Positions 54,902-64,000 of a stretch of 64,000 nt of DNA are shown here, in pieces. Each line of letters begins with the position of its first letter. The stretch's first letter is position 1. A program made the position numbers and the translations under genes. The notes beneath the pieces are model-generated. The model worked only from the letters and a program-made list of their open reading frames with translations, had not been told where the DNA came from and ran no database searches. Source of the DNA: Actinomycetota bacterium (GTDB lineage: Bacteria > Actinomycetota > Nitriliruptoria > Nitriliruptorales > JAHWKO01); the NCBI GenBank assembly GCA_019347675.1, contig JAHWKW010000014.1:54013-118012 (forward strand). Direction: 5' to 3'.

Positions 54902-56256
54902 CCGACGCCCCGTCCCACTTCGACCTTCCCGAGCACCTCGGGCTGGCGACGGACCTCTACGAGCTGCGCATGGCACAGACCTGCCTGCGACGCGGCATGA
55001 CGGAGCCCGCCACGTTCAGTCTCTACGTCCGGGCCTCGACGCAACGTCCGTGGCTGCTGGCCGCCGGAACAGCACACGTGCTGCAGCTGCTGGAGCGCTT
55101 CCGGTACGGGCCGTCGGAGTTGGATTACCTGGCCTCGCAGGGGTTCGCTGACGACCTCCTGTCGTGGTTGGAGGCGGTCGAGCCCGCGGGAGAGATCTGG
55201 GCCGTGCCCGAAGGGACGGTCGTGCTCGCCGACGAACCGCTGGTCGAGGTGACCGCCCCGCTGCCGTGGGCGATGCTGCTGGAGACCGCGATGCTGAGCG
55301 TGGTTCAGTTCTCGACCGTCATCGCCACGAAGGCGGCACGCTGCAGCCTCGCGGCACGTGGCAAGGCACTGGCGGACTTCGGGTTCCGCCGTGCGCATGG
55401 GCTGCATGCCGGGATCGAAGCGGCGCGGGCCGCGTACGTGGGCGGCGTGGTCACCACATCCAACGTCGAGGCGGGCCGCCGCTACGGCATCCGCGTGGTG
55501 GGCACGATGGCGCACGCCTTCGTCCAGGCGTTCGACGAGGAGGTCGCGGCCTTCCGCGCGTTCGCCTCCGACCATCCCGACAACGCCATCATGCTGGTCG
55601 ACACCTACGACACGGTGGAAGGGGTGCGCAACGCCATCACCGTCGGGCGAGCCCTCCGCGAGGAAGGCGCTGACCTGAACGGCATCCGTCTGGACTCGGG
55701 CGACCTCGTCACGTTGGCCAAGGAGTCGCGGGCCCTGCTCGACGAGGCCGGCTTCCACGACGCACAGATCTTCGCCTCCGGTGGCATCGACGAGTACCAC
55801 ATCACCGAGCTCCTCGCCGCTGACGCACCGATCGATGCGTTCGGGGTCGGGACGGCGCTCACGGTCTCGCGCGACCATCCGGCTCTCGACATCGTCTACA
55901 AGCTGGTCGAGTACGGCGGGGATCCGCGCGCGAAGTACAGCGCGGGCAAGGTCCTGCTCCCCGGCGCCAAACAGGTGTTCCGCCGAGGGTCCCCCGCCGA
56001 GGACATCATCGCTGTGCGCGGCGAGGACGTGCCGGGCGACACCCTGCTGGAGCGCATGTGGCGCGACGGTGAGCCGGCGGCCGTGGACGGGCTCGAAGTG
56101 GCACGCGAACGGGCGGCGGCGCAGCTCGAGCAGCTCCCCGACGGGTGGCGCCGACCCAAGTTCGAGGGGGAGCCGCCCCGGCCGCGCCTGAGCCCGGGGT
56201 TACAGGACCTTGCCGACCGGATCTGGCCCGAGAACGTCGAACGCGTCGCTCCCTGA
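54898..56256 (+). CDS. pncB: nicotinate phosphoribosyltransferase
   Basis: ATG 54898 overlaps the pncA stop (ATGA). Motifs TDLYELRMAQ, FGFRRAHG, VGTMAHAFVQAF and IRLDSGDL. Confidence 0.85.
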   Translation: MTDAPSHFDLPEHLGLATDLYELRMAQTCLRRGMTEPATFSLYVRASTQRPWLLAAGTAHVLQLLERFRYGPSELDYLASQGFADDLLSWLEAVEPAGEIWAVPEGTVVLADEPLVEVTAPLPWAMLLETAMLSVVQFSTVIATKAARCSLAARGKALADFGFRRAHGLHAGIEAARAAYVGGVVTTSNVEAGRRYGIRVVGTMAHAFVQAFDEEVAAFRAFASDHPDNAIMLVDTYDTVEGVRNAITVGRALREEGADLNGIRLDSGDLVTLAKESRALLDEAGFHDAQIFASGGIDEYHITELLAADAPIDAFGVGTALTVSRDHPALDIVYKLVEYGGDPRAKYSAGKVLLPGAKQVFRRGSPAEDIIAVRGEDVPGDTLLERMWRDGEPAAVDGLEVARERAAAQLEQLPDGWRRPKFEGEPPRPRLSPGLQDLADRIWPENVERVAP

Positions 56257-56414
56257 CGTGGCGCCGGTGTCGACCGGACGAGGGACGGATCGACGGCTTT
56301 TTCAAGAAACACTGCCGTTCGTCGGTGTTGGTCAGTTGAGGTCGCCGCGACGGTCGCCCATCGTGACCGGGAGGGGCGAAGATCACACCTCGATCTGGCA
56401 GGAGGACGACGTCC

Positions 56415-56927
56415 ATGGCGAGGATCGCGTTCGTTGTCGGACCCGAGTACGAGGACAGTGAGTTCGAGCGGCCCTACAACTCGCTCCGCGAGGACGGCCA
56501 CGAGTGCGTGGTCATCGGGACGGAAGCAGGCGAGGAACTGAGCGGCAAGCGGGGCAACTCGTCGGTCACGGTGGACGCCACCGTCGATGCCGTCAACCTC
56601 GACGAGTTCGATGCATTGGTGGTGCCCGGGGGGTACTCGCCCGACAAGCTCCGCCTCGACGGCGGCATCGTGGAGTTCACGCGGAAGTTCGTGCAGTCGG
56701 ACAAACCGGTTGCTGCGATCTGCCACGCGGGACAGCTACTGTCCGAAGCCGAAGTGGTGGAGGGCAAGCGCATGACGTCGTGGCCGTCGGTGCGCAAGGA
56801 ACTCGAACTGGGCGGCGCCGACTGGGTCGACGAGGAGGTCGTCGTCGACGGCAACCTGATCACGTCCCGGGGGCCCGACGACCTTCCGGCCTTCGTCGGA
56901 GCGATCAGGAAGCACCTCGCCCGTTGA
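56415..56927 (+). CDS. DJ-1/PfpI family protein (type 1 glutamine amidotransferase-like protease/glyoxalase)
   Basis: VVPGGYSPD, the nucleophile elbow AAICHAGQLL, and VVDGNLITSRGPDDLPAF. Confidence 0.8.
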   Translation: MARIAFVVGPEYEDSEFERPYNSLREDGHECVVIGTEAGEELSGKRGNSSVTVDATVDAVNLDEFDALVVPGGYSPDKLRLDGGIVEFTRKFVQSDKPVAAICHAGQLLSEAEVVEGKRMTSWPSVRKELELGGADWVDEEVVVDGNLITSRGPDDLPAFVGAIRKHLAR

Positions 56928-56993
56928 GGGGGTGAACGAGAACAACTTCAAGCCGCGGGTCGAACGCTCGACGAAGTGTTCGGCCGCGCCGGG

Positions 56994-57022
56994 GGCGGGG
57001 CGTTAGCCGCGAGCGCCCCGCC
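56994..57022. terminator. 9-bp GC hairpin downstream of the DJ-1/PfpI gene
   Basis: ggcggggcg-ttagccgcgag-cgccccgcc. No U-tract. Confidence 0.25.
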
Positions 57023-57040
57023 ACCACCGCGGAGGGTCCC

Positions 57041-57580
57041 GTGCGTCTACTGACGGTAGGCCACGGGACCCTCCCATCATCCGATCTGGCGGCGCTGCTC
57101 GAGCGAGCCGATGTGGACCTACTGGTGGACGTCCGCCGCTACCCGGCCAGCCGTCGACACCCGCAGTTCAACCACGACGTCATGGCGCACTGGTTGGGGG
57201 AAGCCGGCATCGACTACTGCCACGAACCCGACCTGGGCGGGCGCCGACGTCAGCCGCCCCGATCACGCCACATCGGTCTGACCCATCCGAGTTTCCGCGG
57301 CTACGCCGACCACATGGAGACCGGCGGCTGGCGGCGGGCGGTCGAGCAGATCCTCGCCGCGTCTCGTGAGCGTGACGTGGCACTGCTGTGCGCCGAGAGC
57401 CTGTGGTGGCGCTGCCACCGACGGTTGATCGCCGACGTGGCTGTCCTCGTCCACGGTGTCGACGTCGACCACCTGTTCCACGACGGACGGGTGGAATCGC
57501 ACCGGGTCACGGACGCGGCCCGCGTCGAGGACGGCACCGTGGTGTACGACGTCGGCGCCGACCGGCCCCTGGCCGAGTGA
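57041..57580 (+). CDS. DUF488 family protein
   Basis: LLTVGHGT, LVDVRRYPASRRHPQFN and LLCAESLWWRCHRRLIAD match the DUF488 pattern. Confidence 0.7.
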   Translation: MRLLTVGHGTLPSSDLAALLERADVDLLVDVRRYPASRRHPQFNHDVMAHWLGEAGIDYCHEPDLGGRRRQPPRSRHIGLTHPSFRGYADHMETGGWRRAVEQILAASRERDVALLCAESLWWRCHRRLIADVAVLVHGVDVDHLFHDGRVESHRVTDAARVEDGTVVYDVGADRPLAE

Positions 57581-57610
57581 CGTCCCACCACCGCGGCGAG
57601 CACGCCGAGC

Positions 57611-58762
57611 TCAGCGAAGGCCGCGGTGCTCGATCAACTCGGCAGCCCGGTCCCGGCCGAGGCCGGCCGCGTCGTGCGCGGCGCGCCGCGCCGCGTCGCG
57701 GTACCGGTGGTCGCCGATGACGGTGGCGACGGCATCGCGGATGCGGTCGGGCGTGGCGTCCGCCCACCGCAGGCGCAGACCCGCCCGTGCTCGCACCACA
57801 CGCGCGGCGGTCTCGAGTTGGTCGCCGTGGAGCGGGACCGCGACCAGTGGGATCCCGGCCGTCAGCGCCTTGGCGACGAACCCGCCACCGGCGGTGCCGA
57901 CAGCGCACGCGGCGCGCTCCAGCAGCGGCGTGTGGCGGCCACGGCCGACCACGACCCGGTCCCCGCCCTCCAAGCTCCGGACGGTGGTGGCCACGACCCG
58001 CACCGGCTCGGAACGCAAGCCAGGCAGCGCCCGTTCGACCAGCGACCGCTCCACCCCGCTGGCCGTGGTGTCGCTGACCACCACCAGCGGTTCGTCACCA
58101 CGGGGAGGTTCGAGGACCGGCCACGAGGGCGGCTCCCAGCTCAGCGCCCCGACCACGAACGTGTGAGGTGGCCAGTCCGGCCGGGAGGGCTCCAGAGCAG
58201 GGAGGGTCGCGACGAGCCGGAGGGTCGGTCCTCCAGCACCGGACAGGCCCAGCCGGCGGCGTGCCTCCGCCCGCTGGCGGCGACCGTCCACCGCCGACCG
58301 GCGCTGGCGGCGGCGGAGATGACGGTGGGACAGCCGCCGGAGAGGATTGCCGGTGGGCAGCGCGCCCAGCCCCACGGGGGGGAGCACCTTCGAAGGCTGG
58401 GCGAGCCAGTGCGGTACGACCTCCGTCCACGGACGGTCGAGCAGTTCGGCTGCGAACCCGCCGGTGGCCGTCAAGCTGTCAGCGACGACGTGATCGACCC
58501 GCAGGGGGCCCAGGACCGCCGCGAGCGCCGGAGCCAGCACCGCGCCTCTGCCCCACAGCCGCCAGCCCAGGTCCGCGTCACGGTCGTCCGTGGCGGCCTG
58601 CGGCAGTTGCCGGAACCGGCAACCGGCGTGCTCCACGTCGCGGCGCCACCGCGCCCCCGCCACCACCGTGACGTCGTGCCCGCGGTCACGGAGGCCGACG
58701 GCGACCGCCACGACCGGGAGGAGATGACCGATGTCTGATCCGGCGACCGCCGCCACCCTCAT
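57611..58762 (-). CDS. GT1 family (MGT/UDP-glycosyltransferase-like) glycosyltransferase
   Basis: N-terminal GHLLPVVAVAVGLRDRGHDV. C-terminal nucleotide-sugar motif GTAGGGFVAKALTAGIPLVAVPLHGDQ. Confidence 0.7.
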   Translation of the reverse strand: MRVAAVAGSDIGHLLPVVAVAVGLRDRGHDVTVVAGARWRRDVEHAGCRFRQLPQAATDDRDADLGWRLWGRGAVLAPALAAVLGPLRVDHVVADSLTATGGFAAELLDRPWTEVVPHWLAQPSKVLPPVGLGALPTGNPLRRLSHRHLRRRQRRSAVDGRRQRAEARRRLGLSGAGGPTLRLVATLPALEPSRPDWPPHTFVVGALSWEPPSWPVLEPPRGDEPLVVVSDTTASGVERSLVERALPGLRSEPVRVVATTVRSLEGGDRVVVGRGRHTPLLERAACAVGTAGGGFVAKALTAGIPLVAVPLHGDQLETAARVVRARAGLRLRWADATPDRIRDAVATVIGDHRYRDAARRAAHDAAGLGRDRAAELIEHRGLR

Positions 58763-58886
58763 CTGAAGCCTCCTCGACGGTCGCAGCCTCGCACGGTGGC
58801 CCGCGGCGGGCCAGCCGGGCGGGGATGCTCGGGGCAGCTGCCGCTACCCTCGATCGGGTGTCTGGCGCGACAGGACCCTCCAGGCG

Positions 58887-59942
58887 ATGAAGATCCTGCA
58901 GATGGCCCCGCCGTGGTTCGCCGTACCGCCCGAGAGCTACGGCGGGATCGAGTGGATCGTCGCGCTCCTCGCCGACGGCCTGGCCGACGCCGGACACGAT
59001 GTGACCCTGGTCGCATCGGGCGGTTCGGAGACGCACGCCAACCTGCACACGGTGTACGACTCGCCGCCCAGCGAAGCGATCGGCGACCTGGCGCTCGAGC
59101 TGACCCACGTCCTGGCGGGCTACCTCGAGCCCGACTCGGTTGACATCATCCACGACCACTCTGGCCTGATGGGCCCTGCGCTCGGGGCGATCGCCAACCG
59201 GGTCCCCGTCGTCCACACACTCCACGGTCCGTGGACCGACCAGAACCGTGATCTGTACGCCCGCCTGTCCGACCACATCCACCTCGTGGCGATCAGCCAC
59301 AGCCAGGCGCAACAGGCCCCCGACGGGGTGCGCGTGGCCGCGGTGATCCACAATGCGGTTGCCCTGGACCGCTACCCGCTGTCGACCCACAAGGACGACT
59401 TCCTGCTGTACGTCGGACGCTCATGCCACGAGAAGGGCCCGGAGGTCGCCGTCGACGTCGCACGCCGGCTGGGTCGGAAGCTGATCATGGCGATGAAGGT
59501 CAACGAACCGCCCGAGCACGAGTACTTCCACCGCGAGGTGGAGCCGCGCATGGAAGGCGCCGACGTCGATCTGCGCACCAACGTCGAACACGACGAGAAG
59601 GCCGACCTGATGCGCCGCGCGGCGGTGGTCGTCGACCCGATCCAGTGGGAGGAACCCTTCGGCCTGGTGATGATCGAGTCGATGGCCTGCGGGACCCCGG
59701 TCGTCGCCTTCGCCAGGGGGGCCGCCCCCGAGATCATCGCGGATGGGCGCACCGGGCGGCTCGTCCCCCCCGGCGACGTCGACGCGATGTGCGCCGCCGT
59801 CGCCGAGGCGGAACAGCTCGATCCGCTCGAATGTCGCAGCCACGTCGAAGACCGGTTCACTGCGCGGCGGATGGTCGCCGAGCACCTGCAGCTCTACGAA
59901 CGTCTGGTCGGCCGGACGCACGGCACCGCACCGGACGCGTAG
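58887..59942 (+). CDS. GT4 family glycosyltransferase
   Basis: MKILQMAPPWFAVPP...GGIEW N-terminus and the EX7E-type C-terminal motif EEPFGLVMIESMACGTPVVA. Confidence 0.8.
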   Translation: MKILQMAPPWFAVPPESYGGIEWIVALLADGLADAGHDVTLVASGGSETHANLHTVYDSPPSEAIGDLALELTHVLAGYLEPDSVDIIHDHSGLMGPALGAIANRVPVVHTLHGPWTDQNRDLYARLSDHIHLVAISHSQAQQAPDGVRVAAVIHNAVALDRYPLSTHKDDFLLYVGRSCHEKGPEVAVDVARRLGRKLIMAMKVNEPPEHEYFHREVEPRMEGADVDLRTNVEHDEKADLMRRAAVVVDPIQWEEPFGLVMIESMACGTPVVAFARGAAPEIIADGRTGRLVPPGDVDAMCAAVAEAEQLDPLECRSHVEDRFTARRMVAEHLQLYERLVGRTHGTAPDA

Positions 59943-59949
59943 GACAAGC

Positions 59950-62040
59950 GTGGGACAAGGGAGCGCATCCGGGCCTTACGGCCAGATCACCTGCGTGGCC
60001 GGCGACTCGTTCGTCATCTCCGACGCCACCGGCGACATCCGCCACGGTGACCAGGGCCTCTACGTGCGCGATACCCGCTTCCTCAGTCGCTTGGCGGTCA
60101 CCGTCGACGGCGCCCGCCCACGTCCGTTGGCGGGGCGGGCGACCGGCGCGTCCTCCGCGGCGTTCTTCGGGTGGCTCCCCTACGACCCTGACGCGACGGC
60201 CGACCCTGCCGTGATCGTGAAGCGTCGACGGGTCATCGACGGGTCGCTGCACGAAGAAATCATCGTGGAGAACTCGGGGCGCGCCGAGACCGAGGTCCAC
60301 GTCGAGGTCTCGTGCGGGACCGACTTCGCCTACATCTTCGACGTCAAGCACGCCCGTGAGCTGCCGCTGGCTGAGCCGAACGCGCTCCCCGGTGGGCTGC
60401 GCTTCGAACGATCCGGGGGACCCGAGATCGTCGAGATCACCGCGACTCCCGAACCGGTCGTGACCGGCGACTGCCTGCGGTTCCCGCTGCAGTTGGCGCC
60501 GGGGGCATCGACGCGCATCTGTCTCGACGTGAGCGTGAAGGACCGCTACGGCACGGTCACCCCGGGGGCGGGGTGCGAGCAGCTCGACCGGTTGCGCGTA
60601 GCCACCGGGTCGCAGCGGCGAACCGTCCACGGCCCGGTGGTGCGCTGCTCCGACCTGCGGATGGCACGCCTCGTCCGCCGCAGCCTCGAGGACCTGACGT
60701 CGCTGCAGCTGCCAGATCCCGACGCACCCGACGACGTGTTCTGTGCCGCGGGCAGTCCGTGGTTCCTCACGCTGTTCGGACGCGATTCGGTGTGGGCGGC
60801 GTTCATGGCCCTGCCGTACCACCTGGGTCTGGCGGGAGGCACCCTGCGGGTGCTGGCCCGCCGTCAGGGACGGCAGGTGAACCTCGACACCGAGGAGGCC
60901 CCGGGCAAGATTCTGCACGAGGTGCGGCGTGGCAGCCTCTCCTACCGCGGTCCCCTGCCCGAGGTCTACTACGGCACCATCGACGCCACCCCCCTGTGGG
61001 TGGTCCTGCTGTCAGAGGCCTGGCGGTGGGGGCTCCCCGAGGAAGAGGTCGGGGCACTGCTGGACAACCTCGAAGCGGCCCTCATGTGGATGCGTGACTA
61101 CGGAGACGGCGACGACGACGGCTTCATCGAGTACGTGCGGCACGGCGACAAGGGACTGGCCAACCAGGGCTGGAAGGACAGCTGGGACGGCGTGCAGTTC
61201 GCCGACGGACGCATCGCCACCGCCCCGATCTCGCTGGTCGAGGCGCAGGCCTACGCCTACGACGCAGCGGGGCGCGGCGCGGAGATCCTGGAACACTTCG
61301 GCCGTCCGGGAGCCGACGAGTGGCGGCAGTGGGCCGCCGAGCTGCGTGAACGCTTCCACCGACGGTTCTGGACATCCGACGAGCTGGGCTCCTACCTGGC
61401 CATCGCCCTCGACCGCCACGGGGACATCGTCGACGCGCCCGCCAGCAACATGGGGCACGCCCTGGGCAGCGGCATCCTCGACGACGATCAGGCCGCGCAG
61501 GTCGCGGCACGCCTCGGACACGCCAGCTGCGACAGCGGCTGGGGCCTGCGGACCATGGCAGCCACCGCCGCGGGGTACAACCCGCTGTCGTACCACGGCG
61601 GTTGCGTGTGGCCACACGACACGGCGATCGCTGCCTGGGGGTGCGCCCGGACCGGGAACGACGCGGTCGCCGGCCGGCTGCTCAGAGGCCTGGTCCGCGC
61701 CGCACCCTTCTTCGACTACCGGCTCCCCGAGCTGTTCAGCGGTGTGCCGCGGACACCGGCGGGCTTCCCCGTCCCCTACCCCACGGCCTGCCAACCGCAG
61801 GCGTGGGCCGCCGGAGCGGGTCTGCTGTTGCTCCGCGCATGTCTCGACGCCCAACCCGACATCCCCAACCGGCGCCTGACGCTGCGACCGCTCCAACCGT
61901 TCCCGTTCCGCCGGCTGGAGCTGCGCGACATCCCGCTGGCCGGGGGACACCTCGACGTCGTCGTCGAGGCGGGGCGGGGCGTGGACGTCGACATCCGCGG
62001 CACCGACGTCGACGTCCGTCTGGGATCCGACGTCGGCTAG
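59950..62040 (+). CDS. amylo-alpha-1,6-glucosidase / glycogen-debranching-enzyme-like protein (GDE N-terminal + GDE_C six-hairpin domains)
   Basis: GTG 59950 lies 8 nt after the GT4 stop. Motifs ISDATGDIRHGDQGLYVRDTRFLS, PWFLTLFGRDS, GWKDSWDG, and GWGLRTMA...YNPLSYHGGCVWPHD. Confidence 0.8.
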   Translation: MGQGSASGPYGQITCVAGDSFVISDATGDIRHGDQGLYVRDTRFLSRLAVTVDGARPRPLAGRATGASSAAFFGWLPYDPDATADPAVIVKRRRVIDGSLHEEIIVENSGRAETEVHVEVSCGTDFAYIFDVKHARELPLAEPNALPGGLRFERSGGPEIVEITATPEPVVTGDCLRFPLQLAPGASTRICLDVSVKDRYGTVTPGAGCEQLDRLRVATGSQRRTVHGPVVRCSDLRMARLVRRSLEDLTSLQLPDPDAPDDVFCAAGSPWFLTLFGRDSVWAAFMALPYHLGLAGGTLRVLARRQGRQVNLDTEEAPGKILHEVRRGSLSYRGPLPEVYYGTIDATPLWVVLLSEAWRWGLPEEEVGALLDNLEAALMWMRDYGDGDDDGFIEYVRHGDKGLANQGWKDSWDGVQFADGRIATAPISLVEAQAYAYDAAGRGAEILEHFGRPGADEWRQWAAELRERFHRRFWTSDELGSYLAIALDRHGDIVDAPASNMGHALGSGILDDDQAAQVAARLGHASCDSGWGLRTMAATAAGYNPLSYHGGCVWPHDTAIAAWGCARTGNDAVAGRLLRGLVRAAPFFDYRLPELFSGVPRTPAGFPVPYPTACQPQAWAAGAGLLLLRACLDAQPDIPNRRLTLRPLQPFPFRRLELRDIPLAGGHLDVVVEAGRGVDVDIRGTDVDVRLGSDVG

Positions 62041-62077
62041 GCCAAGGCTCCACGTTGCCGGACTGTCACCACGAGGT

Positions 62078-63658
62078 TCACCGCCTCGGCCAGACAAGGG
62101 TCCGCACGAAGACGACGACGGGAACGATCTCCAGGCGGCCGAAGAGCATCTGGAAGATGAACATCGCCTCCACGGAGGTGGGCATCGACGGATCGGTGAT
62201 ACCCGACGACAGTCCCACCGTGCCCTGCGCGGTGGCGGACTCGAAGATCATGTCGGCGAGGCTGAACGACGTGTCGACGGTCAGGCTCATCAAGATGACG
62301 CTCACGAACAGACCGACGACCCACATCAGGGTGAACAGGGCGGCGCGTCCGCTTTCCGCTTCCATCTCCTCGCGGCGGAACGTGCGGTCCCCGATGCGGA
62401 AGGCGGGGACCGCGGACGAGGGGTAGAAGACCTGGGTGACCTGCCACCACACGCCCCTGGCCAGGAAGTTGACCCGCAGCAGCTTCAACGCACCGACCGT
62501 GGAACCCGCGGGGCCGCCGAGCACCATGGCCACCACGACGATGAGAACCGCGGCGGCCTCCCACTGGCCGATCTCAGACGTTTGCCAACCGGTGGTGGTC
62601 AGTGCGCTGGTGAACTGGAAGACCCCTTCGCGAGTGGGGTCGGCGATCGCCGGCGCTCCCACCAGCGCCCAAGCGACCAGCGAAGAACCCACGACCAGCA
62701 ACCCGACCATGGTCCGGTTCTGCACGTCGTTGAGGTAGGCGCTCGGCCGCCGTTCGCGGATCGCGATGTAGTGAACGGGCAGGGCGACCGCACCCATGAT
62801 CATCGGCAGGAGGTGGACCACCTCGATCGCGTAGGACCCGTATCCGGCGATGCTGTCGTCTTGGGTGCTGAACCCGCCGGTGGCCATACCAGTCATGGCG
62901 TGGTTGATGGCGTCGAAGATCGCCGCGGTGACGGGGTAGTCCGGGAGGAGGATCACCATCGCCGCGAACAGGTACAAGACCACCCCACCGGTGATCGCGA
63001 CGTAGATGCGCCACACGCGGCGGGCGGTCTCCCGCATCGACGGCCGTATCCGGGTTGGCCGTGCCTCCGTCTGGTAGAGGTACAGGCCCTGCACCCCGCC
63101 GTGCTGCTGGATCACCGTCAGCGCCAGGACGATGATCCCCAACCCACCGATCCACTGCGTCAGCGACCGGTAGAACAGGAAGGCGTGCGGCATCGACGCC
63201 TCGTTCACCGCCATCGTCAGTCCCGTGGACGTCCATCCGCTCATCGCCTCGAAGAACGCGTGCAGCGGGTCACGGAAGTGCAGCAGGCTGGACGACGTGT
63301 AGTCGGCCCCGGCAGGGACGTACGAGGCGATCACCGCATCTGGCGTCAGGTGCGCTGCGAGGATGAAAGGAACGCCACCGAAGACGGTCATCGCTGACCA
63401 CGCGGCCGTGGCGATCGACAGTGCCTCGCGCTCGCCTGGCTCCGGGGCGGCTCTGAAGAGATGCCTCGTTCCCAGGCCGGTCGCGGCGGTCACTGCCGCG
63501 GACACCACGAACCACGCCAGCGACCACCAGTCGCGGTAGATCGCCGCGACGGCGGCGCTGCACACCATCGCGATCGCCGCGATTAGGAGGATGCCGCCGA
63601 CGTCCCGCAGGACCGGAGTGAGAGCCCGACGCCGACTCGTGGCGCGCCGTGGGATCAT
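62078..63658 (-). CDS. trkH: TrkH/KtrB family potassium uptake membrane subunit
   Basis: A polytopic membrane protein with repeated pore-loop-like motifs (SGWTSTGLT, MATGGFST, LTTTGWQT, TAQGTVGLSSG). Confidence 0.8.
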   Translation of the reverse strand: MIPRRATSRRRALTPVLRDVGGILLIAAIAMVCSAAVAAIYRDWWSLAWFVVSAAVTAATGLGTRHLFRAAPEPGEREALSIATAAWSAMTVFGGVPFILAAHLTPDAVIASYVPAGADYTSSSLLHFRDPLHAFFEAMSGWTSTGLTMAVNEASMPHAFLFYRSLTQWIGGLGIIVLALTVIQQHGGVQGLYLYQTEARPTRIRPSMRETARRVWRIYVAITGGVVLYLFAAMVILLPDYPVTAAIFDAINHAMTGMATGGFSTQDDSIAGYGSYAIEVVHLLPMIMGAVALPVHYIAIRERRPSAYLNDVQNRTMVGLLVVGSSLVAWALVGAPAIADPTREGVFQFTSALTTTGWQTSEIGQWEAAAVLIVVVAMVLGGPAGSTVGALKLLRVNFLARGVWWQVTQVFYPSSAVPAFRIGDRTFRREEMEAESGRAALFTLMWVVGLFVSVILMSLTVDTSFSLADMIFESATAQGTVGLSSGITDPSMPTSVEAMFIFQMLFGRLEIVPVVVFVRTLVWPRR

Positions 63659-64000
63659 CCGGAACCGAAGGTGTCCATGACACTACGGTCGACACCGCCT
63701 GGTGCGTAGACGATGAGGTAGTCCCCGGACTGCAGCTCGGTGTCCCCCGACGGAAGGGTGATGCCCGCATCGGGACGCTCGATCACGACCACCTGCATGT
63801 CAGCGGGCAGCAGACCCTCATCGTTGGCCTGATCCAGCGTCAACCCGGCGATGGGCGCCTGTTCGCTGACCTCCACCTCGAAGACCTCCGCCCCGGATTC
63901 CAGCCGGATGTAGTCGCCGACCGGTGGATGGCTCACCGCACGGAACAGGTGCTCCGCGATCAGCCGCTGCGGGTTCTCCATGACATGCACACCGACGTGG
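63655..64000 (-). CDS. trkA: TrkA/KtrA potassium uptake regulatory subunit, C-terminal RCK_C part (5' end outside window)
   Basis: TrkA-C-like sequence (FEVEVSEQAPIAGLTLDQA...VVVIERPDAGITLPSGDTELQSGDYLIVY). The frame is open to the window edge. Its stop overlaps the trkH ATG (ATGA). Confidence 0.7.
   Translation of the reverse strand, partial: HVGVHVMENPQRLIAEHLFRAVSHPPVGDYIRLESGAEVFEVEVSEQAPIAGLTLDQANDEGLLPADMQVVVIERPDAGITLPSGDTELQSGDYLIVYAPGGVDRSVMDTFGSG

Noticed and set aside
56281-56302. The only T5 run noticed (gacggcttttt) after pncB, considered as a rho-independent terminator.
   Set aside because: The preceding sequence forms only a poor, interrupted stem, so I could not draw a convincing hairpin.

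Overview
This is a very GC-rich, gene-dense chromosomal segment in which third codon positions are almost all G/C. It has an actinobacterial flavour: a Bpa proteasome activator ending GQYL, a UdgX-type uracil-DNA glycosylase, LLM/F420-type oxidoreductases, Hanks kinases, many GTG starts, and ATGA/GTGA stop-start overlaps. I call about 65 protein-coding genes, one tRNA-Asn(GTT), three short tandem repeats, and a few hairpins and operator-like sites. I saw no CRISPR array, transposase, integrase, prophage or recognisable defence-system genes, so it reads as core chromosome rather than an island.

Main blocks:
(i) 6.36-17.73 kb: an unusually complete, translationally coupled lipid operon, fabD-(sORF)-fabH-fabG-acpP-fabF-plsC-fabI, ending in a 1852-aa single-chain, eukaryote-like acyl/acetyl-CoA carboxylase.
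(ii) 32.4-36.2 kb: a minus-strand operon of CPBP protease, small protein, serine hydrolase, sigma-70 and a Pnkp-like P-loop kinase.
(iii) 37.7-43.3 kb: a UdgX-like glycosylase, an MFS transporter, two Ser/Thr kinases and MobA.
(iv) 47.5-51.4 kb: tRNA-Asn, and a secreted triple-CWB2 protein divergent from an O-antigen-ligase/TPR protein.
(v) 52.5-56.3 kb: a macro domain gene, rmuC and pncA-pncB.
(vi) 57.6-62.0 kb: GT1, GT4 and an amylo-1,6-glucosidase-type gene.
(vii) trkH-trkA at the 3' edge.

The most interesting observations are:
- a 44-codon repeat-containing sORF locked between fabD and fabH by ATGA overlaps at both ends;
- the fused carboxylase inside the FAS-II operon;
- an ACGTKGAC motif array upstream of fabD;
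- the sigma factor/polynucleotide-kinase-like coupling;
- the UdgX homologue with an extra HeH-like tail next to a 50-bp tandem duplication.

Three genes (PPOX-like, erythromycin-esterase-like, rmuC) are split by single-nucleotide frame shifts. This is either real gene decay or assembly error. Most long track ORFs antisense to the called genes are GC-driven shadow frames. All functional calls come from reading motifs by eye; no database search was run.
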